NCBI GenBank assembly: GCA_050084985.1
Contig: JBITNC010000001.1
Coordinates: 202,058,001 to 202,122,000, forward strand
Origin: Nageia nagi
Taxonomy: Eukaryota; Plantae; Pinophyta
Reading direction: 5' to 3'
DNA length: 64,000 nucleotides
Below the pieces are notes generated by a model that was not told the origin of the DNA, did no database searches, and was given only the letters and a program-made list of their open reading frames with translations. The position numbers and the translations under genes were made by a program. This document shows positions 39,001-51,000 of the stretch, piece after piece (the first letter of the stretch is position 1; the number at the start of each line of letters is the position of its first letter).

Positions 39001-42000
39001 TCCTCATCTAAACCCAAATGTGGGAGGATCGCTTGAGGCATTTGGAATCAATGTTGGAGATATTGTAGTAGCAAAAGCTTTATGCCAAGAAGTCAACATG
39101 TGAGTTTGGGATGATGAAAGTTTTGTACTTGTGGCATATTATAAACCAAGAAGGAGTTCAGGTGGAAGAGCAAAAGATCCAAGCCATCCAGGATTGGCCA
39201 ATGCTCACCACACTCATGCAATTGAGGGGATTTTTGGGATCGCGTAACTATTACTAGAGGTTCATCTGAAATTTCTTACACTTGGCAGCACCCTTGACAT
39301 AGTTGACCAAGAACGATGCATTCATTTGGAGCAGTGAGTCTCAAAGGGCGTTTGAAGAGCTTAATAGGGTAATGTGCACTTCTTCTTGTTTGACAATTCT
39401 TGACTTTTCCATTCCATTCACCATTTTATGTGATGCTTCCAAGTATGGATAGGGGTTGTACTCATGCAAAAAGGAAAGCCAATTGCTTTTGAAAGTAGGA
39501 AACTTACCCCTACATAACAAAGCCTCAATGTGTATGACAGGGAGATGCTGGTAATAATTCATGCATTGGCCAGGTTCAAGCAATACTTGGTATGTGGACG
39601 ATTTGTGGTCAAAATTGACCATAATAGCTTGAAATATTTCTTGGAGCTATTGTGAATTCCACAAAATGCCCCAAATTTTTAGCAAATTTGGGGATCGACA
39701 AACTTTGACAATAAGGAGTCGCTCAGGTGGAGTGACCAAGCTGATGGTGTCTTGAGATCAGGAGGCTTTGGAGACTAGAATTGGTGAAAATGAACAAAAT
39801 TGAATTTTTGGTAGCAACAAGGCAAGATTTTGGCTAAGTCCTCCTCAAGTACATGTCCTCAAGGAGACAACCTCCTTGTCTCTCCCAAGACATGTGCTAG
39901 ACTTCTGAGAGACCAAGATTGAGTTCGAGGCAAAATTTGGTGAAGTTGAACACCCAGGAGGCTTGCATTGGGGTCATAAGCAAGATGAAAGCATTTTCAA
40001 GGTGGAAATTTGGCTAAGGCACAAAAAGGAGATATGAAAACCCGTCCTATACCCCAATGCAGGTTTGACAGGAGACAAACATCTTGTCTCATCTAGGATG
40101 TGTGCCCAGCTCATGTATACCCCCTAGCGCAGGTTTGACCTAGGTCAACCTTCTTGTCTCCTTGAAGGCCTGCGCCAACACTCTAGCCTCTATAGAAGAC
40201 AATTTCAGGCAATATAGATAAATTTTGGCTAAGTATAGAGCATTTCTTCCCTACGCGCAAGTCTGAGTGGAGACAAGCTTCATGACTCGCAGGGGACTTG
40301 CACCAAGCTCCGATGCACTTCTTCAAGCGCAGGTGCAAGCCCAGACATGCATCATGACCCCTCTGAACTTGTGTTGGATCAACACTTCCTTATTCAAGTG
40401 CTAGTATGGACATAGACACCAATGTTGACCTCATTAAGGCTTTCCCAAGAGAGACTCATCCCTCTTGGGCACAAGTCTCACACAAGAAAACATCCTTGAC
40501 CCCGGTGAGACTTGTGTTGGGTTTTCCTTCATAATTTTTGGTGCAAGTGGGCATCAAGACAAGCATCATGACTCCCTTCACACTTGCGCCAACCATTCCT
40601 TTTCTTCTTGAGCACAAGTCCTTGCCAAGACAAGCTCCTTGACCTATACAAGACTTGCGCCAACCTTGTATGGTCTTCCCTATCAACATGAAGTCCCCAA
40701 AAGAGAGAAAAATCACAAGTTAAGAACATATTAATTCATGGCGCTAGTCTAGACCAAAACAAGAGTCTTGACCTTACGAAGATGTGCTCCAGGCCTAGCT
40801 ATCTCTCTTCGGTGCAAGTCTAGACTAAGACAAGATTGTTGACTCCTAGAAGACTTGTGCTAGGCTTGCCCTCATTCCTTTTGGTGCAAATCTAGCCCAA
40901 GAAACCCATCTTGTCATCCCCATACCTTGTGTAGGACTTATACTTCCTCTTCTTGAGCGCAACTTAAGGCAAGACAACAAGGGTAACCCTCGTAACACGT
41001 GTTGGGTTCACTTTCTTCTTCCTTGGTGCAAGAGTCACAAGAGACAAACTTCATGACCTCCATGATACTTGCGCCAAGCTTCCAGGCACATGTCCCAACC
41101 AAGACACATTCCTTGCCCTTTTGGAAACCTGTGCTAGCGATGAAGTCACATCTCGAGCACAGGTCATGACCAAGACAAGCATTATGACCTTACAGACACC
41201 TGCGCTAGGCTTCCAAGTGCAAGTTCAAGTTCAAGGCAAGTTCAAGAAGGGGGACATCCCCAACAGGAAAATGGTGAAGGTTTCGAGCCAAGTGTTGCAA
41301 AGGTGAAAAGGGCTAGATGAACTCATGGGTACTAGTTGATGGAAGCCATTGCATCTTGGATGCAATATTTTTAGTTTTGTTTTATGCATAAATTATCTAT
41401 TTTGGACTCCAAATTTTATATATTTTTGTTAAAGCTTTGTAGCGGATGAGGATTTGCTCCCACAAGTGCTGGACATGATCTTGTAGCGCCATGTGGTGTG
41501 TTTTTAGTGGACTGCTGTTAATTAGGGTTATTTTAATTAATTGTTTTTGGAATTTGCATTAGGGTTAGGGTTTTCTTGCAAAAACTATAAGTAGCCCTAG
41601 ATGGCTCATATGTGGGGGATGGAATTTTGGATTTTGGAACATGAACATTCGCAAATAGATGAGTAGAGTAATTCTTTACATCAAACACTTGTCTATTGTG
41701 AATGTGGCATGATCTTTTAATTTAAATTGCACGACTCCATTTCTATGTGACTATGAAATTTGGCATGTGATGCTATCATTGGTTTTTTTTGCTTAGACAT
41801 TTGGAATATTTTGCAAACCTCTTGGGAGGTGGGTGAAAGAATGGTTGATTATTCTTTTGAAGTGTTGAATGTAATGCATAATTAGTGATTGCTCATAGTA
41901 TGCAATTGGACTTGTATAATTTTGAAGTGTGTTCCCTTATGACGTTTCGCATGAGAACTTCATACACAAATTGAAGATGCCATTGGTGACACAACCAACA

Positions 42001-45000
42001 CCATTACTCCCTTAGACGCCTGCTCCTTCCTCTAGACCATTTGTGTTGTTCGCTAGTGTGAAAGGATATTCCTTCTAGACCATTTGTGTTGTTGGCTAGT
42101 GTGAGAGGATAGGTGGATGCGTGGAACTCATAACAAACCCGGAGGAACTTAATGTTCAAACACTGTACTTGTCGGTGGAGCTTGATGTAGGAGGGCTGAA
42201 CTCATATGCCTCTAGCCATCTCCAATATTTCAATTTTTTCTTTTATTTTACATTTTTTTTGGCGGCCTTTGCACTCCAATTAGTAGTAGTAATCAAGAAA
42301 AAGGTCTTGCCGAAATATTAGACAATCTGAGTCCTTGAACAAAAAAATCTTATTTAAGGTTGGTAACAACTTCAAACATCTTAGCCACTCTGTGAGTTTG
42401 TTCCTGGCTATTCATTAGAGAGAGACCTTTGAGGTAACCAGTCCCCATAGTGGAGGAGGGTAACGCCTTCTCACCTAAAATGTTGGATTTCTTCTGAGCC
42501 TTGTCACTAGCTGCCCATCAACAAGGTAGGAAAGAAAAACATCCCAACAAGAGCAACAAGACCTCAGTGAGAAGCAACAAAAGTGGGTAAGTAAATTACA
42601 GTCCTATGATTTTGAGATTGAGTATATCAAAGTAAAGAATAACACAACGACTGATGCACTCTTATGTAATCCATCTTTTTACTTCCTTTCTATTATTTCT
42701 GCTGATTGTGAAATGTCAATTATAGCTGAGTATTGCAAGGATGCATTTGCTACTAACGTCCTTGAAGGGCACTTGAAAGATGACATGTTCAAGCTAAAAG
42801 AGGGGCCGATCCTATACAAAAATTGGATCTATCTTGTGCCTGAATCGAAAGTGAAGGAGAAGATTATAGTTGCTCTACATGATATGGCACTGGCAGGACA
42901 CCCCAGCATAGGGAAGACGTACATGGCTGTAAGGGAAAGGTTTGCATGGAAGGGGTTTAAGGAGGACATCTAAGGGCATGTGAAGGAATTCACCAAGTGT
43001 CAGGAGAATAAGGTAGAAAACATACTGTTTGGAAGGAAATCTTTCCTCTTATTCAACGATCACCGCGAGACGATCAAGACGGGAAATCAACCTAGCATTT
43101 AGGCGAGAACGTGTTATTGAACTCCTCTTGTAAGGTTTGACACCCCAAGGTTTCTATTGGAAAGCTCATGTCGTTAACACAAGCTTAAATTGTGTAGGTC
43201 TTGTTTGGGAATTAGCTGAGTGGTGTAGTAGAGGTAGTAACTGTTAACTCACGTTTTTTATAGGGGCTGAGGTGTCTTATCTTGCAATAGCTCGAAAGAT
43301 GCTATGGATTAAAAGTTTAAAATAAATAAAAGGAAAGTGAGAATGAGGCCAGATATTGGCTAGACTTCAAAGAGGCAATCACAATGCAACATTGTCTAAA
43401 TTTTCTTTCTCTCGAATCGGTTAAGAAATTTTGTTCAATTCAAACAAGTCTTTGAAACGAATGATTGTTGTCCAATCATTCCAAAGATGAGCGAAAAGCA
43501 GAGCTGACTATCGGTACTCTGCAAGCAGGACCGATGCAATCAAATGGACTAAGCGTGAGTGGGGGTCTAGGAAGATGTCTTAAGAGAAAAGTTGATTTAG
43601 AATACAAACATTTAACAAGCAAGCAATGGATTAGCAACAATTAAAGACTATTCGAACATTTTGAAAAATTTCCAACAAACTCTCCTAAAACTTGAAAGTT
43701 TTCAAAAAGAAGGCACAAAAATCTTCAAATTACAAAAATTGCTCTTAAAGGATCAATCCACCACTCCAATAGATGAAAACACACTTTGAATCAATATGTA
43801 GACACTTGTATTATGTTTGCAAAAGAGTTATGCATGAGTACATCAATTTGCTCCTTGATTACAAAAAATTTCAGTTTTCATGAAAATTGGCCTTTTCTTG
43901 GACTAAAACACTCTAAGTAAAAATGAGACCCCCTATGGTCTATTATAGACTTTTGGAGTTCATTTTTGGTGTTTCCCTAACCCTAATCTTGGCTAATTGA
44001 AACTAAATTACATTTGAAGTGGTAGGAGAATATGTTCTTCCTTATAACCAGTTTTAGTGTATATACATGAAAATTGATCCTTTTACAAAGGATTTTGCGG
44101 ATCTGGAGCCGACTTTGGATTTTCTTCACCATCTTTGAATACCCTTTTCACTGAGATGTGGATTCCACCATTGATTTGAGTGGTCTTGGCAAGATTTTGA
44201 TGATTTTAGTGAAGATTTTCTGAAAAATGGATTTTTTTCTCTAAAATATGAAAAGATAGGGGGGTTTGAAATTTATAAAAATTTTAAAAAATACCCGGAA
44301 GAATGTTATATGGCCATGAATAGATTGGTCATGGATCTTGGAGGTGCTTAAAATCGATTTGGACGTTTTTGGATCTTGGAGGTGTTTAAGATCGATTTGG
44401 ACGTTTTTGGATCTTGGATGTGTTTAAGATCGACGTTTTTGGATCTTGGAAGCAAGATTGGGGTTTTTGAGGATTTTTGGAAAGATTAGCCTAAGTGACC
44501 AAAAATGGTGCTCAAATGTGCTCTTGGTACTCCACTTTGGTGCTCAAAATGTGCTTTGGTGCTCAAAGTGCTTTTGGTGCTCCACTTTGGTCCTCAAAAG
44601 TTTTCAAAGGCATGCAAATCCCCTCGAAGATTTTTGAGCACTCAAACTTGCTTAAATCTGAAAATTCCAAAGTCTAAATGTGCTAAAAATGTGCCTTTCC
44701 ATGCACACATATGCTCAAAATTGAATTTTGCCCAAAATTTGGTCTTTTTCCATGAAACTAGGCGCTATTTTACACCTCAATGGATCATCAAACAGCCCCA
44801 AAACTGCGCCTAGGTTTTTGGGCCTCCAAACTTGCTCAAAATTGAAATTTTCAAAGTTTAATTGTGCTTAGAATGGGGTCCTTTGTCCATCCCCATGCTT
44901 GGAATTCAATTTTGACCAAAATTTGGTTTTTTCCCATGAAGGTAGGTGCCAAAACTCATTTCTTTGGATGCCCCAATGGCATGGAAATCAACGCCTAAGA

Positions 45001-48000
45001 ATTTAGGTCCTTTCCCTTGATCAAAATCAAAATTTTCAAGGTTTAATCCTTCTCAAAATGGGCCCCTCTATGCATTAATATCCTCAAATTTGGTTTTCGA
45101 GCAAAAACTCATTTTCCTCCTTGATTTAAGCGCTCATTTTCACCCCATTGGATTCTCTATAGACATGGAAAAGTGCGCCCTAGTATTTGGGGCATTTCCC
45201 TTGCTGAAAACCAAAATTTTGAAGTGTTAAACCTTTCTAAAATGCCCTTTTCCCTCTAATGATGTGCTTGGAATTGATTTTCTTGGCCTTTTGCACTTTT
45301 CCTCTTGATCTAGGTGCCAAATTTCATCTCATTGGATCATCCATTAGCTTGGAAAAGTGCACCCACCCTTTTGGGGCATTAAACTTGCTCAAAATGCAAA
45401 AATTGGAAGTTTAATGTGTCTGGGAATGATCAAAACTGAACCAAAGGCACGTTCAAGGAAGGAGATATGGTGTATTTGAGGTTGCACTCCTATAAGCAGT
45501 CCACACTCAAGAGGAAGAGGGAGAAAAACATCAACCAAGATTTTTCGATCCTTATAAGGTGTTGCGCAAGAAAGGGAAAGAAGCATATGAATTGGAATTA
45601 CCCCATAATAGCACATTACACAATGTCTTCCATGTGTCATATCTGAAGAAGGCACTTGGACGACACATAAGCCCTTCGTAGGATCTACCATCGCTCGAGG
45701 AAGAGGGTAAACTAACCTTGGTTCTTGAACGAATCTTGGATATCAGAGAGAAGAAGTTGAGATCCAGCATAGTTAAGGAGAACTTAGTAAAATGGAAGGA
45801 CCTGCCTAAATAAGATGCAACATTGGAGGGATCAAAGATAGTTACACATCTGACTTTGCATTGCTTGGGGTCAAGCAATTCGGGAAGGGAGGATTGAAAT
45901 GTGTCCTTTTAGAAGCCGTCCCTTTTAGGGCTGCTTTTGTAGTTAAGAGTATTTATTTATTTGTTGCATGTGTACTTAGGCATCATTGTAACTTGGGATA
46001 GGAGACATATGAGCCCATGGACTAATTGTGAGCCGCAAAGTGGGACGTCTCCCTTCTAAGTATAGATTATGAGTATTTAAGTGTCATAATACGAATCCTA
46101 AGGCATAATGCATGAGTAGAAGCTAGGTGCATGATTTGGAGTGATCCCAAGGCACAATCCAAATGCCCAAGCATGATGTCTTCTTGAGGGGTGTGTGGAC
46201 ACCCAATCTTGAGGGATTCTTGTTTATTTGGCTAGCACAACTTTGTGGGGGCATCTTAGGCATTGTTTGATATCTTCTATTTTCAGAGTGGCCACACCAT
46301 CTGTTGGGCCTCTCATTGGATGAAAACCCAATGTGGAGAAGAGCACAATGGAATGTAGCTCTCACTATGCTATTTGCTAAGGATGAAAACCCTTAGACCA
46401 TCCATATTTACTGCTAAATCCAAGGGTTGAAGGCCCTAGCAGTGTGACATCAGCTTCCAACAGTATTTGGAGAGTGCATGCCCTAGATCTTGTCCTTTGA
46501 GCCAGATGTTAGCCCTTGGGCCTATTTGGTTGTATCTTGATCATTTCATTCTTAATATTGAGACATTGGCATTTCTATCTCATCTTGGCTTGTGCGTTGG
46601 ATATTTTTGTGGTGTAATTGCTTGTTCTTACTCATTTCCTAAATTATTGCTTGTTCATTAATAATTTTGGGATAAGAATAACTTAGTGATGTTACAAATG
46701 TCCACGGGTGACCAAAAGTGATCAATGATATTGGAATATACATAGTAGATGTGTTAGTGATTTGAGGTCAAGGTTGATCCCCACTAAAGCTGAAAGCACA
46801 AAGAAACAAAAGCTACAATACACTGCAAAAGGGTTAAAACCTTAAAAGTCAGATCAAAATTACAAGGAGGAGCATTATAGCGTTTGAGCTAGGGAGAATG
46901 CGAGGATGCTCTCAATGCTGATGCTGTAGAGAGTATGACTAGAAAGGAATAGAAGAAGCTTTAGAGGGGAAAGAAGAGCAACTTTGAGAAGCTTGAGTAA
47001 TATCACTCTATGTCTAGAGGATATACACAATCTCTTTCTCCCTTTCAAACCAGAGAATCTAACAACGATTGAGTAATATCACTCTATCACCAGGTTGGCC
47101 AAAGAACTGGAGTAAAACTAGCAGAAGATGGGCCCTGAAGATGATTTCTACATTGTGGATCAAGTTCCATCTAAGATGTGTTTTGCTACAAGTGTGTGTT
47201 CTAGAGACAATCTTTGGCACCAATGTTTAAGGCACCTTAACCACAAGAGAATTCAAGTTATAAAAGACCGAGAACTTATGGCAGGTTTGCCTTCAATTTC
47301 TCCTTCGATTGGTCTATGAGAAGTGCATTTTTGGCAAGATGCATAGACAAAAGTTTGAAAAAGATAAGGCAACAAGAGCATCTCAACCTCTTCAACTTGT
47401 GCATTCAGATTTGATAGGTCCGTTTCAGACTAAGTTGTTTGGAGGAGCATCTTATGTCTTGACCTTCATTGATAACTTTAGTAGATGGGGAGAATATAAC
47501 AACAATGAGTTCAATGACTATTGTGCTAAGCATGAAATCAAGAGGCAATTTACGATTCCTTACACTCCTCAGCAGAATGGTGTTGCCAAAAGGAAAAATA
47601 GAACAATTATGGAAATATCTAGATGCATGTTGGGTAATTTTTCTAGTTTCTTATGAGGTAAAGCAGTAAGCACTGCTATTTACACCTTGAATAGGTGTCC
47701 TACAAAAGCAGTTTAGATTAAAACTCCTTTTGAGGCATGGTCAGGAAAAAATCCTAACATTTCTCACCTTAGGGTATTTGGTTGTGAAGCATTCTCTTTC
47801 ATTGTTTTTGAAAAAAGGAAGAAGTTAGATAAAAGAGCTGAAAAATGCATCTTTATGGGTTATTATAGTCAGCATAGAGGCTACAGGCTTTACTTTCCAT
47901 TCTACAAAGCCATGTTTCTTTCAAGGGATGTAAAGTTCAATGAACTTCCTGAAGAATTTGCTTCTAATGAAGATGTTGATCCAGAGGACTCTTCAGTTTC

Positions 48001-51000
48001 ACCTAGCTGGTTAGATATTGATGTAGACAAGTCACCTCAAGAACAAAACTCTCCAACTCAAAGGGTAACAAGGAGCATGACCTTAAACAAATCCTTATTT
48101 GCCAACATTGACAACAAGCATGAGCCCTCATCTTTTAAACAAGCTTTAAAGCACGAGTGTTAGATGGAAGCCATGAAAATGGAGTATGAGACACTTATGA
48201 AAAATGAAACTTGGGATTTGGTTCCTTATCCCAATGAGAAAAATGTGATTGGCAATAAGTGGATCTATAAGGTCAAATTCAATTCTGTTGAAGATATTGA
48301 GAAATACAAGGCAAGGTTAGTAGCCAAAGGTTTTGCTTAGAAATACGGTGTAGATTATGAGGAAACCTTTGCTTCCGTGGCAGAGATGCCTATTGTGAGA
48401 ATTATCCTTGCTTTTTCTACAGCTCAAGGATGGAAAGTTTTTCAACTTGACATCAAGAGTGCATTTCTTAATTATGACTTAGATGTAGAAATCTTCATGA
48501 ATCAACCAGAAGGGTTTATTGTGGATGGCAAAGAGTCTTTTGTGTGCAAGCTAAAGAAGTCATTATATGGACTTAAGCAAACACCTAGAGCCTGGTACAG
48601 GAAGATTTTAGGGTATTTTGCAAGCATTGGTTTCTCCAAGTGCTTTTTAGACTCCGATTTGTATGTACTCAGTCAAAGAAAAGACGTGGTCTTGATTCAC
48701 CTTTATGTGGATGATCTTTTGATTACTGGGAACAATGATGAAATCATTCAAGAGTGCATATCCAAACTTAAAGTAACGTTTGAAATGATTGATCTTGATC
48801 TCTTGCACTACTATCTTGGAATGCAAGTGTATCAATACAAGGATTGCACTTATTTCAATCAATCTAAGTATATATCAGACATCTTGCAGAAGTTAGGAAT
48901 GGAGGAATGTAGATATGTTGCGATCCCAATCTCTCCTGGAACCACTGTTTTTGTGAGCTCCAACTCTTAGTTAACTGATGCTACAACTTACAGACAATTA
49001 ATTGGTAGTCTTTTGTATTTGACTATTTTTAGGCTAGATATTGCCTTTGCAGTGAATCTAATGGCTCAATTCATGCATAAACCATATGTTGAGCACCTCA
49101 ATGCTGTTAAGCAAATCTTGAGGTATGTTGCAGGGACTAAGGATTTTGCTCTCAAGTATTCTAAGTTGCCTTCGTTTGTTCTCTCTGGATTCTCAGATTC
49201 TGACTATGGGGGAGATAGAGATGATAGGAAATCAACCTCTACGTATTTGTTTAGCATTGGTTGAAGTGCTATCTCTTGGGATTCCAAGAAGCAGCCTACT
49301 GTTTCTCTTTCCACCACAGAAGCTGAATACCGTGCCATGTCTGTTGCAGCCTAGGAAGCCATTTGGCTAAGGCATCTTCTGAAAGAAAATAGGTATGAGC
49401 AAGGTGGCTCATCTTTGATTTCTTCAGACAATCAGTCGGATATTTCTTTGGCTAAGAATCTTGTGTTCCATCATATGCCCATTTTATCAAGGAGAAGGTT
49501 CTTGATGGCATCATACACTTGGAGTATTGTCCATCCACCTTGATCTCCGCTGATTTGTTCACCAAGCCTTTCTCGAAAGCTCAGTTTTGTAAGCTTAGGG
49601 TGCTATCAGGTTTGTGAAGTTGCCCTCAAGGGGGAGTGAAGTTTGAATTCTTGTGTTGAATTCATGTTTGTGATGACAACTTCACCCTTAGGAGGATTTT
49701 GTGCTGTATAGTGTTGATTTTGTTGTACACCTTTGTGGTAAGTTCACTTTGTGTGAGGAATTTGTTGTACAAATTTTTAAAGCAAAAAGATTGGCCAATC
49801 TAACACTGTTTAGTTATCCATATGTGAGGAACTCTTATGTGTCTTTTGGCACTGTTCAGTTATCCATATGTGAGGAACTCGTATGTGCATGCTCTATTTT
49901 GTAATGATAATCAACACATGTTTTTTATATACAGCAGGTGACTATGAGTTTTGGCTTGGCATCTTCGTGATGACTTATAGTGCACCATTGATCCATTCAT
50001 GATGGCATTTGTGCGATTCACCTATCCTTGTTGATATGAATATGTTGCATCTAATAGATCTTGTTATTTTGAGCTGCATATGACCTACAGGTTCCTTTGA
50101 GATTGCAGGTTACTTACTTTGGGTATGCAGGCTCTTGGAGACTTTTCGTGATTTCCAGTTGGATGACTATTTCATGTAAATTGAAATCGGTTGTGGTTAA
50201 TGATTGTATTTGGCATAGTAGTGAGTTTCAAACTAGATCTTTCTTACTTCACAAATATGTAAAATTTTTTCATTTCCTTTGTATCTGTTTGGAGGAGAAC
50301 TCTCTTACTTTCTCTCTTCCTTCTCTCTTTTTCGCTCTATCCCAATATTGCATTAAGGAGGAGTGTTGGAATGTATAATGCATTATTGTAAAGGTTATGT
50401 AATAATCTTCTATGTAAGTTCACTTTGATACCTTAAGTATTTAAGTGAATATGATAATGTAACTTGTCCTACACTCCATGTCATGAGCATGCCCCTTGGG
50501 TAAAAGTATGTGCATGTCATGCTTTTGTACATTGGACAAAAGGGTGATCCAAAAAGGGATTTTGGTCTATAAATAGAAGGCTCCTTCTTTGTGATTACAC
50601 ACCAATTTGTGAAGTAAAATTATGTTATAGGATAGTGCTTAGGAGTTGAGATTAGAAGGATTGTAAGAGAGTTGTATTTGTGATTGAAGTAAAGATCTAG
50701 TTAGTGGATGTACTCCTAATAGGAGGAACCACTTACATCTTGTGTTACATTGTTTTATTGCTTTGTGAGTTTGTTAGTTGTGTTTGTGAGCTTTTATGTG
50801 ATCTTGGGAGATTAGAGTTGTTCATGTTATAGTTCAATTCTCATAGGCTATGTCTCTAGTATGTTAGTTTACACTTGATTGGATGGTGGCCATGATATTT
50901 GGCATGGACCACGTCAATACTTTCCATAAAAACTCGACTTTTTGGAAAATATTTGACTTTCTTTAGCACTTTGGGCTGTTGGATTACACTTTATCAGATG

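Larger units (their letters stand above)
37640..45880 (+). pseudogene. Disrupted gag-pol of the chromovirus (gag, RT, RNase H, integrase zinc finger and C-terminus, chromodomain)
   Basis: gag LEGVAHEWW; [11 protein letters not shown] and FFDDILI; RNase H CDAS and [10 protein letters not shown]|[11 protein letters not shown]; integrase GHPSIGKT..C; HNVFHVS; chromodomain [12 protein letters not shown]...[11 protein letters not shown]. The integrase catalytic core is missing. Confidence 0.9.
36486..46696 (+). mobile_element. Full-length but decayed chromovirus-type Ty3/gypsy retrotransposon with two nested insertions
   Basis: 5' LTR 36486-37286 and 3' LTR 45895-46696 (TG...CA, ~800 bp) with a perfect AATGT TSD. 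PBS TGGTATCAAAGC (tRNA-iMet type) at 37288; PPT GGGAAGGGAGGA at 45882-45893. Confidence 0.95.
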
